Below are positions 25,783 to 33,935 of a stretch of 64,000 bases of DNA, piece by piece. A model generated the notes under the pieces. That model saw nothing but the letters and a program-made list of their open reading frames with translations, made no database searches and was not told the origin of the DNA. The number at the start of each line of letters is the position of its first letter. The stretch's first letter is position 1. This DNA comes from a virus: positions 129,701-193,700 of the IMG/VR virus record IMGVR_UViG_3300026484_000053, one strand, 5' to 3'. The position numbers and the translations under genes are program-made.

Positions 25783-26817
25783 ATGGCATCAGAATACGCA
25801 TCAGAAATAGTAGAAGTACAACTTGAACAAGAGGTTCAAACAACATCGATGGACGAATTAGAGTCGTCGTTTAACATTTTTATGGAAGATATTACTAAAG
25901 AGACTCAAAACACATCAAGCAATCTTCAAATGAACGAATTAGAAGAAATAGGTCAAAGTATTATCGATGCGCAAGTATACTTAAGTTCATTTTCAAAAGG
26001 CGAGAAGATGGATTATAAACAAAAAGCTTTTTCTCATTTAAGTAATATGCCTCTTATCGGTAATTATGCTAAAAAGAAAATTGAAGACATTAAAGAAACA
26101 AACCTTAAAAATTCAAGTGTCGTAGATGTTGTTAATAAAATGTTTAATGACTTTGAAGACAAGAAGAAAAAATTATACCAATTAACTGACACAGCAGACG
26201 CTATGCAGAAAAACATGAAAGAGCAAGAAGTTGAACTTCTTAAGTATATCAAGAAACTAGATTATATAGTTCAAAACACGGCAGTACCAAGTGAAAAGCT
26301 AAGAGCATTGTCTTTATCAAGTATGGCAGAAGTACAACAAAAACAAATACAAGAACTTGTATACAACAGAATTGCTTTTATTATGGAGCTAAACCAAGAA
26401 CTTATAGTAAAATTAAGTAAAGTTCTTCCAACTATGAAAAATCAATTATTAAATGAAACTAGCATCGCTGCAATGATTAATGCCATTAAAGATACAATTG
26501 AAATGACTAATGGATTACAAAATCTTACGAACGAGATAGCGATGAACTCAAGTGAAAAAGTTGGTAAAGTAATTATCGAAGGTACTAAAATGCTTTCTAA
26601 TAACGAAGATCAAATTAAATTCCTTGAGACTTCTCAAAAGAGAAATATAGAATATCATAAAGATCTGGCTAGTGCAAGAAAAGAGCATATTACTAAAACA
26701 GTAGAACAATACGCCCAAATAAAGAATGTTAACGCTAATAATACTAAAATGTTAGAACAAATGTCTAAAGACGAAGCTGAATTACTTCAAATTAGTCTAG
26801 AAAAAACACTAGCGTAA
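25783..26817 (+). CDS. Coiled-coil protein, possibly TelA/KlaA-like
   Basis: All-helical 344 aa with TelA-like layout; family call is inference. Confidence 0.45.
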   Translation: MASEYASEIVEVQLEQEVQTTSMDELESSFNIFMEDITKETQNTSSNLQMNELEEIGQSIIDAQVYLSSFSKGEKMDYKQKAFSHLSNMPLIGNYAKKKIEDIKETNLKNSSVVDVVNKMFNDFEDKKKKLYQLTDTADAMQKNMKEQEVELLKYIKKLDYIVQNTAVPSEKLRALSLSSMAEVQQKQIQELVYNRIAFIMELNQELIVKLSKVLPTMKNQLLNETSIAAMINAIKDTIEMTNGLQNLTNEIAMNSSEKVGKVIIEGTKMLSNNEDQIKFLETSQKRNIEYHKDLASARKEHITKTVEQYAQIKNVNANNTKMLEQMSKDEAELLQISLEKTLA

Positions 26818-26843
26818 GCACAAAGACAATAAAGGACAATAAA

Positions 26844-27344
26844 ATGAAACCAAATTTCTATACAAGAGCAGACATTCTTAGAATGCCTAAAGAAGAGTTC
26901 TATCACTTATGTAACTATAAAGACATACTACTAGAGGATATCCTTACAATAGATATTTACTCGAATAAGATAAACATGAAAGATGGTACTTCTATAAATA
27001 TATCTTCTGAAGAAAGCGCGAAAGCAATTGTTAATGCGAAAAACGTATATGATATGAGTAAGAGTTCTATTAAAGATAACGACACGATAAGCAAAACTCT
27101 TAAGGAAGTAACTGATAAACTAACTCAAACATTTAAAGAAGTTCATGAAGAGCAAGTTGAGTCTCATAATAGACAATTAGAAATAATGAGTAATTATGTA
27201 GAAGAGATGAGTAATAAGCTTACTAAAACGCAAACTAAATACAATAGTGTGGTTGAAGAGATGCAAAGTAAGTCAAAAGAATTAGATACACTTATGACTA
27301 AGGTTGATAAAATTATGAACGTGTTTGCTAAGCTTATCGATTAG
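26844..27344 (+). CDS. Hypothetical coiled-coil protein
   Basis: 166 aa; AAGGA SD. Confidence 0.65.
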   Translation: MKPNFYTRADILRMPKEEFYHLCNYKDILLEDILTIDIYSNKINMKDGTSINISSEESAKAIVNAKNVYDMSKSSIKDNDTISKTLKEVTDKLTQTFKEVHEEQVESHNRQLEIMSNYVEEMSNKLTKTQTKYNSVVEEMQSKSKELDTLMTKVDKIMNVFAKLID

Positions 27345-27352
27345 GAGATATT

Positions 27353-28054
27353 ATGTTCGATTTTATTAAAAAGACGTGTTATAACGTTACTAAAGAAGGT
27401 AGAGAAGAACGTGTAAAATTAAAGACTATAGAAGAGATTAAAAACAAAAGGTCTGAATTAGACGTTTTATATTCTAAACATTTAACTATGGTAAATAAAC
27501 TTAAAGACAATAATCTATTAGAAGAAAACAAAGCAGAAGTACAGTTACAATATAAAATAATAGAAGACGACTACTTTAGTACAGCACAAGTGCTGTCAGA
27601 GTTAGAACCACATGAAAGAGAATATGTAGGAGCTAAATTCAAAATACAAGAAGCACTGCCTAAAAATGCTGAACTAAGAATGCAACGTAATAAGAACGTT
27701 AAATTAGATCCCGTACTGTTAAAATTAGAAGAGTTCAGCAAAACAACCAAACTTAAGAGTAAAGTACGTGACTTTATTAGAAGTAAGTCGTTAAACTTAC
27801 TAAGAGAAGAATTAAAAGACGAGATTACGTTAAGTGAAGGATTTTCTAGTATATTAAGCAAACGTGCCGACAATGCTGGCAATATTAATGAAATAAAAGC
27901 ACTGCTGCTTTATTTAAACGCCTCGTTGAATATAATAGAAATAGAAGACGAAACGATGATACTAGGATTTAAATTTTATATAAACATCAGTAATAAGGGT
28001 TTTTTAGAAATCCTTAAAGAATACGATAGCGTGAAATTTAATGTCATATATTAA
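27353..28054 (+). CDS. Hypothetical protein
   Basis: 233 aa; AGGAG SD. Confidence 0.65.
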   Translation: MFDFIKKTCYNVTKEGREERVKLKTIEEIKNKRSELDVLYSKHLTMVNKLKDNNLLEENKAEVQLQYKIIEDDYFSTAQVLSELEPHEREYVGAKFKIQEALPKNAELRMQRNKNVKLDPVLLKLEEFSKTTKLKSKVRDFIRSKSLNLLREELKDEITLSEGFSSILSKRADNAGNINEIKALLLYLNASLNIIEIEDETMILGFKFYINISNKGFLEILKEYDSVKFNVIY

Positions 28055-28592
28055 CACTAACACTCTAGTAGAGGTAAGTACTACAAGTGGAATGGTTTTA
28101 ATAAACCCTTCAGAAATATTAAGCGTTGAATGCACTAAAACTCCTAAAGATAGTAAATTTAAATTATATTCAAGTAATTATGAATATGTTATAGCATCAA
28201 GTACTAAATATTTTAGATGCAAAAGCACAGATTTAGATGATATAAACTATTCTGTTCTTGATACAACGGCTAATGAAGTGATGTCTAAAAATGAATATGC
28301 TAGTATAAACTATGCTGGTAAAAACTATGCTAGTATAAACGGTACAGAATACGAAGTGCATACTAAAGTTATAGGCGAGACAGAATACGAACATTTTATT
28401 ACGCTGCATTTTAAAAGTAATAAAGGTAATAAAGGTACTTATACGTGCAAAGTACCTGATTATACTACGTTTTGTAGTATAAATCACAAAAATGAAGATG
28501 TAACTGAAAAATACTCGACTGTAGTTCAAGACGAAATAAACATAAGAGAAAAGTTTAATAAGGTTTTTAAGACAAAAGAGAGGAACATATAA
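28041..28592 (+). CDS. Hypothetical protein
   Basis: 183 aa; overlaps the upstream stop. Confidence 0.6.
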   Translation: MSYINTNTLVEVSTTSGMVLINPSEILSVECTKTPKDSKFKLYSSNYEYVIASSTKYFRCKSTDLDDINYSVLDTTANEVMSKNEYASINYAGKNYASINGTEYEVHTKVIGETEYEHFITLHFKSNKGNKGTYTCKVPDYTTFCSINHKNEDVTEKYSTVVQDEINIREKFNKVFKTKERNI

Positions 28593-28879
28593 TGAAAACG
28601 CTAACATTTGGTAACGATACGTTAAGCATAAACGGTTTTGTTATGAGAATATCTAAAATTGACTATTTCCATTCTGTATACGAAGGTAAGTATGGTCATG
28701 GACACAAATACACCTTACGTGTATCGATTAATAGCATGGAGCATGCACTTTTGAGTAAACATTATGATGATGATGTTGATGCTGAAGCCATTATGAAGAG
28801 AAAAGATGTATTTCATAAAGAATGTATGGAAGAAATTGGAAACTTAACTGAAGAACATACTGATAATAGAGAAATTTAA
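28592..28879 (+). CDS. Hypothetical protein
   Basis: 95 aa; TAATG coupling. Confidence 0.6.
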   Translation: MKTLTFGNDTLSINGFVMRISKIDYFHSVYEGKYGHGHKYTLRVSINSMEHALLSKHYDDDVDAEAIMKRKDVFHKECMEEIGNLTEEHTDNREI

Positions 28880-28907
28880 TACTCGTTTAAAATAGTTATG
28901 ATATAAT
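28875..28907 (+). promoter_or_regulatory. RpoD-type promoter
   Basis: TTTAA at 28875 and 28886, TGATATAAT at 28899. Confidence 0.7.
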
Positions 28908-28966
28908 TATACATGATAAACACTTACAGTTGTAAGATTTATCAAATATTAAACAAACGAGACAAA

Positions 28967-29679
28967 ATGGCTAAGAAAAAGAAAACAACTTATATATTTT
29001 TTTTGATGGTAGTTCTAAAGAGAACTACACTGGATGTGGTATATACGACATGACAAATGACGTTAAAGTACACAAAAGTAACAATAAGACAGCAAATTCA
29101 GGATACGCAGAAAAAGCAGCACTAATATTTGCTATGCAATACGCATTTGATAACAACATCAATCAACCAATGTTCTTTACAGATAGGAAAGATCTTGCAA
29201 AAACAGGTATAGCTAAGAACTTTTTAAATAAGTTTAATTTTAGGCATCCAACAGACGCAAGGTGGCAACCAGAATTACATTGGATACCAAGAGAATTAAA
29301 CAAAGAAGCAGATAAAATAGCATCTAAACCTCCTGTAGTAAACTCTATCCAAATGAAAACACCAGTACAAGATATAGTAGGTGATAAATTAAGATCTTAT
29401 TCTTTAGACAGAAGAATTAATTTATTACAGAGATTAGCTAAAACCAAACAAGAAATGGAAATGGTTATACTTATTAAAGAACAAGTTAAAGCTCAATACA
29501 ACTTCCAAATAAATAAAGATACTAAAAAATTTCAGAAGTTTATTAATACAATCATAAGTTATGATGAAATGAGTAATTATACATGGAAAAGACTTAATAA
29601 GAAAGCTCGCAAAGATACAGTAACAGAATTTAAAGGTGATGCTATAGAAAACTTCATCAGATCTAGAAACTTAATATAA
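28967..29679 (+). CDS. RNase H-like protein interrupted by a frameshift at a T8 tract
   Basis: ATG 28967 gives MAKKKKTTYIFF; the catalytic FDGSSK..GCG..AE..TD..WIPRELNKEAD continues in the -1 frame from 29005. Confidence 0.75.
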
Positions 29680-29688
29680 AGGATTAAA

Positions 29689-30942
29689 ATGAAATATTTT
29701 AAAACGCCGCATAAGCCGACAGCGTCGGAACTAGTAAACTGGTTCCAAATAGAATGCCCAGAAGAGGCAGAAGCAATGAAGGATTCTGATCATCATTATT
29801 TAGATACTGTACCTAATCCTTGGCACTACGAGTCGTCTGTTTGGACGCATACAATGATGGTACTTAAAGTAGCCGAAATACACAATGCGTCTAAGACTAA
29901 TCTTATTGCAGCATTGCTACACGATGTTGGTAAGCCTTTAGCTCAAGAATTTAAAGAACTAGAAGAACACCCATTCGGCAAATATAGATTTATAGGACAC
30001 GAAGGAATATCATTTCACTTAAGTATAAAGATACTTAATAAACTAGAAAAATTACAAGTACTGAACACAGAAGAAAAAATACACGTACTTAAGCTTATTT
30101 CATTGCATGGCTCGTTATTTGACTATATTAAAGACGGTAAAGAAACGTCTAATAGCTCTAAAGTATATAATATGTTTGAAAACACATTTAAAGGTAAACA
30201 ACAATTTATAGAACTAGTTAAGATGGTAAAATATGACCATATGGGTAGATTTTCTGTAGATATGGATAGCATTGACGATACGGCTGATAAGCTTGGTAGT
30301 AACAAGCCAGATGGTATATTTAACGATGCTAATTTTGGCACCAAACATACTAAAGATTTGGTGCACAAGAAGCAGCACAAAATGCAGCACAAAATGCAGC
30401 ACAAAATGCAGCAAACAAGTCAAATAGTAATATTTACAGGGTTACCTTGTAGTGGCAAAAGTACGCTTATAGAAAAGTATATAGAGTCGTCTACTATAGA
30501 TTACGAAGTTATTTCTAGAGATGTTATACTGATGCAATACGCTAATACTAATGCTTCGTTATCAGAAGAAATTACTTACTCTAAAATATGGCAAAACTTA
30601 TCTAAAGAAGATCATAAAGAAATCGATGATGAAACTAGAAAGGCTTTTATTGCAGCAATAAAACAGGATAAGAATATTATAATAGACATGACATCTATGA
30701 GTGCTAAAAGCAGAAGAAAATGGTATAGTTCTTTACCACCAAGATATTTTAAAAAGTCAGTAGTAATGTGTACTGATATAGATACGATAAAAGAAAGAAA
30801 TACTAAAAGAAATATTGATACAGGAAAACATATACCTCACAGAGCGTTTTTAGAAATGATGAAATCTTTTACTGTACCTACGTATGCTGAATTTGATGAA
30901 ATTAGCTTCATATTTGAAAACGAAACGAAACGAAATAATTAG
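29689..30942 (+). CDS. HD-domain / polynucleotide kinase (P-loop) fusion
   Basis: H..SVWTHT, LLHDVGKP, GHE; GLPCSGKST, IIDMT. Confidence 0.8.
   Translation: MKYFKTPHKPTASELVNWFQIECPEEAEAMKDSDHHYLDTVPNPWHYESSVWTHTMMVLKVAEIHNASKTNLIAALLHDVGKPLAQEFKELEEHPFGKYRFIGHEGISFHLSIKILNKLEKLQVLNTEEKIHVLKLISLHGSLFDYIKDGKETSNSSKVYNMFENTFKGKQQFIELVKMVKYDHMGRFSVDMDSIDDTADKLGSNKPDGIFNDANFGTKHTKDLVHKKQHKMQHKMQHKMQQTSQIVIFTGLPCSGKSTLIEKYIESSTIDYEVISRDVILMQYANTNASLSEEITYSKIWQNLSKEDHKEIDDETRKAFIAAIKQDKNIIIDMTSMSAKSRRKWYSSLPPRYFKKSVVMCTDIDTIKERNTKRNIDTGKHIPHRAFLEMMKSFTVPTYAEFDEISFIFENETKRNN
30373..30413 (+). repeat. 12-nt in-frame tandem repeat (QHKM x3)
   Basis: cagcacaaaatg x3 in the HD-PNK linker. Confidence 0.9.
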
Positions 30943-31028
30943 CGCGTGCGCACAGCTTGCCCCTTGCCTTTCGCCTCTTCCCCTAGGTCTTTCCTAAATA
31001 TGATAAGAAACGCATCCTTATATTAATG

Positions 31029-31052
31029 GATTATAGCTTAAAAGCTATAATC
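31029..31052. repeat. Perfect 11-bp inverted repeat
   Basis: gattatagctt-aa-aagctataatc. Confidence 0.9.
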
Positions 31053-31081
31053 ACAAACGTACGTTAACACATACGTGTGTT

Positions 31082-31144
31082 CCTAATAAAGTATATCTAT
31101 CTTAATCTATCTTAGTACCTAATAAAGTATATCTATCTTAATCT
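31082..31144. repeat. 27-nt direct repeat x2
   Basis: cctaataaagtatatctatcttaatct at 31082 and 31118. Confidence 0.9.
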
Positions 31145-31321
31145 GTGTTATATTAATGTAATTATAATTTTTTGATGGGTTAGCTTGGGTTAGCTTGGGT
31201 ATTTCCTGGTAACAAGTCCTCCTAGACCCTTATAAAAAAAGCCTCTAAAAGTCCTAAAACTTTATACTGTTAAGTATCATTTACTGTAATTAATTACACG
31301 TCGAGCCAAGGAGTTCTGAAT

Positions 31322-31501
31322 ATGACGCACTGTCGCCAGTGTAAATGTAGAGTTTGGTACACATGTTTTTTGCAGAGCGACGGCTTTTTATACCGTAATA
31401 GTTATAAAAACTATATATTTGAGACATCAAACTCAAATTTCTGCTGGGGCTTATCTCTGCAAAAAACATCTAAACCAAACTCGGTCATGGTGATACAATA
31501 A
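31322..31501 (+). CDS. Possible 59-aa Cys-rich peptide inside the structured region
   Basis: AAGGAG SD then MTHCRQCKCRVWYTCF...; below the ORF-track cutoff; may be non-coding. Confidence 0.35.
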   Translation: MTHCRQCKCRVWYTCFLQSDGFLYRNSYKNYIFETSNSNFCWGLSLQKTSKPNSVMVIQ

Positions 31502-31620
31502 CTATTTGTACCAGTTTATCTTGTTCTGAGCAACCTTCTTATAAAGACGATATTTCAGCCAGCCTAATTAAATGGCCATCCTTTTTTTAATTTGGAGAAT
31601 TTTCTGACGCCCAGCAGAAA
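31350..31620. ncRNA. Candidate large structured RNA/DNA element
   Basis: 28-nt IR 31350-31377/31455-31482 enclosing 3 hairpins; crossing 11-bp IR 31438-31448/31610-31620. Confidence 0.4.
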
Positions 31621-31745
31621 ACTTAATTCTTTATCCAAACTTTCTTTTTATACATAGATATTTTTTGAAAAGGGTAAGTAGTTATTAATTACTTTCTAAA
31701 CTATGTGTGACGATTGTTTATTATATTTATTTAACACCGACGTGT

Positions 31746-31791
31746 TTTAATACCGTTTTAATCTTAATATGTTATAATATACTATCTAAAA
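31746..31791 (+). promoter_or_regulatory. RpoD-type promoter, TATAATATACTATCTAAAA class
   Basis: TTTAAT at 31746 and 31757, TGTTATAAT at 31770. Confidence 0.7.
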
Positions 31792-31805
31792 CAAAAGGAA
31801 ATAAT

Positions 31806-33116
31806 ATGAAAAATTTAGAATTTACAATCAACAACCAGAAATACGAGCTAATGGTTCTAATGATAAGCGGTAGCAAACTATACGGCAATTCAACTCCAGA
31901 ATCAGATATCGATTACAGAGGAATTTTTAAAGCCCATAACTGCACTAAACTTGGTTTATTAAACAAAGTAGAAAAACTTGATAGTTCGTTATTAATACCT
32001 GCTTTAAGAGAAGCTGGATTAGAATTAGAAGATACAGACGACATTATGTTACATGAAGTAAACAAGTTTACAGAAATGTGTTTAGACAACAACCCAAATA
32101 TACTTGACTTACTTTGCCATGATTTTATGAGTGACAACAACTTGTTCATATCAGATATGGGTCAATTATTTTTGCAAAGTCGTAATCTGTTCTTGTCTAA
32201 AAAGATTAAGTTCACATTTAGTGGTTATGCAATCGCTCAACTAAAGAAGATTAAGTCAAGAGATAAATGGATTAACAACTATCCAGATGCTAAGAAAATA
32301 CTTAATTTATTGTCTGAACAACATGATATACAAAATATAGACTTTAACTGGATATGCGATAACTTTGGAGGCCAAGTTGCTGAAAAGATTACAGGCGAAA
32401 CACCACGGAAGAATACTTCAATAAGTTCTCTTATAACATGGGATGCATTTAACACGCTTGCATGCAGTACTATAGCTGGACTCAAAGATATACCTTTAGA
32501 GTCTTACAGAATGCCTAGAATAATACATTATTGTACAATTAAAGACTTATCAGCTAAGACATCTACTATAACTCCATTCTTAGAGGATTTTCTTAACAAT
32601 AAGGCATCGTTCAGAACTATTAGTCCAAGTATGCTTATTGTATACGACCAAGGTAAAGGTTTATTTTCGAAAGAAGGTAAGTTAAAAGTTAACGATCCTG
32701 AGAAGATTGGAGAATTCAAGTTCATGCTTAGTATCAATTATCTACAACATAAACACGATAAAGATAATATTACTAAAATGTGGCATTGGCGATGTAATAG
32801 AAATGAAAAACGATCTGTACTAGAAGAGCAAGTTGGATACGACACTAAAAACGCATCGCATTTATTTAGATTGCTACTTAGCTGTAAAGACGTTCTTCAA
32901 ACAGGTGTATATCATCCAGAGCTAAAAGCTGAGACTCTTCAGCTAGTTAAAGACGTACGTGCTGGCAAGTATACGTATGGATGCATACTAGAAGAAAGTA
33001 CTAAACTTGATAATGAGTTATCTGAACTATACAAGACAAGCGCATTACAGCCTAAGCCAAATATAAAAGCAGCTAACGATTTACTTTTATTAATATTAGG
33101 AGCTGATTGTGAGTAA
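31806..33116 (+). CDS. Pol-beta-superfamily nucleotidyltransferase
   Basis: SGSKLYG.STPESD.DYRG; YDTKNASHLFRL; start moved from 31707 to the SD-supported ATG at 31806. Confidence 0.8.
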   Translation: MKNLEFTINNQKYELMVLMISGSKLYGNSTPESDIDYRGIFKAHNCTKLGLLNKVEKLDSSLLIPALREAGLELEDTDDIMLHEVNKFTEMCLDNNPNILDLLCHDFMSDNNLFISDMGQLFLQSRNLFLSKKIKFTFSGYAIAQLKKIKSRDKWINNYPDAKKILNLLSEQHDIQNIDFNWICDNFGGQVAEKITGETPRKNTSISSLITWDAFNTLACSTIAGLKDIPLESYRMPRIIHYCTIKDLSAKTSTITPFLEDFLNNKASFRTISPSMLIVYDQGKGLFSKEGKLKVNDPEKIGEFKFMLSINYLQHKHDKDNITKMWHWRCNRNEKRSVLEEQVGYDTKNASHLFRLLLSCKDVLQTGVYHPELKAETLQLVKDVRAGKYTYGCILEESTKLDNELSELYKTSALQPKPNIKAANDLLLLILGADCE

Positions 33117-33837
33117 AATAGACAAAGTAGAAACAAACGCACCGACAATATTAAAGAAAAAGCTTAGGTCTACTGGATTAAGAAAGGTAGCATCTAAAAT
33201 TGATAAAGTTCTACCTCAGCATAGAAAAGTTAAAGCTCAAAAGCTTTCACCTGAAAGGGGAATAATACTTAACGGTATGCCGTATATTTGTTCTAATCAT
33301 GTTTTACAAAGAAGAGAAAACTTTCCTGTTCTTAACGTTCAAGTAATAAACAGAATATCTAAAAAGATAGAGCAATTATTACAACTTAGTACTAAAGCTG
33401 ATGGTAAATATAAAGTAACGTTTAGAGGAGCTGTAGTTGTTTTATCTAAGCAAGATGGAAAGATAGTTATTATAACAGCTTACGAATATGATAAGTTAGA
33501 CGTACATATGATTAAGTCTATGCAGCTTTACAAAGTAACTGATCCAGACGAAGAAAAAGGCATAGAATATAGCACAGAACTTATAAATGGCTATTTTATC
33601 CCTTTAAGAAGACTTAACTCTAAAGGAAGACTACGAAAAGTTGGCCAAGTGTTTATGTCTAATGAAGGTAATGGCGACGTTAGATTTTTTGAATATATAC
33701 TTGAAAGATATATTATTAGACCAGATATTAACTGGTTAGACTTCGCTACTTTAGAAGATATTGAGTGGCTTTGTACGCTTGATTTTAATACTAATGAAAT
33801 GCTAATGCAGCAATTGATGAAGAAGATAGAAGAGTAA
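33109..33837 (+). CDS. Hypothetical basic protein
   Basis: 242 aa; AGGAG SD. Confidence 0.6.
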   Translation: MSKIDKVETNAPTILKKKLRSTGLRKVASKIDKVLPQHRKVKAQKLSPERGIILNGMPYICSNHVLQRRENFPVLNVQVINRISKKIEQLLQLSTKADGKYKVTFRGAVVVLSKQDGKIVIITAYEYDKLDVHMIKSMQLYKVTDPDEEKGIEYSTELINGYFIPLRRLNSKGRLRKVGQVFMSNEGNGDVRFFEYILERYIIRPDINWLDFATLEDIEWLCTLDFNTNEMLMQQLMKKIEE

Positions 33838-33935
33838 CGCACTAAGATGATAACGCAAGCAGTTAGAAGCCTTGTGTTATAATAAACGTATACAAGCAAA
33901 CGTACAAACGATACACAAACATATAAAGGAGTTTA

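Noticed and set aside
31082-31144. CRISPR mini-array
   Set aside because: Only two 27-nt repeats with a 9-nt spacer that partly repeats the unit; the Cas4-like gene is a common stand-alone phage nuclease
31707-31805. N-terminal extension of the nucleotidyltransferase
   Set aside because: Spans the promoter; the ATG at 31806 has the AAGGA SD
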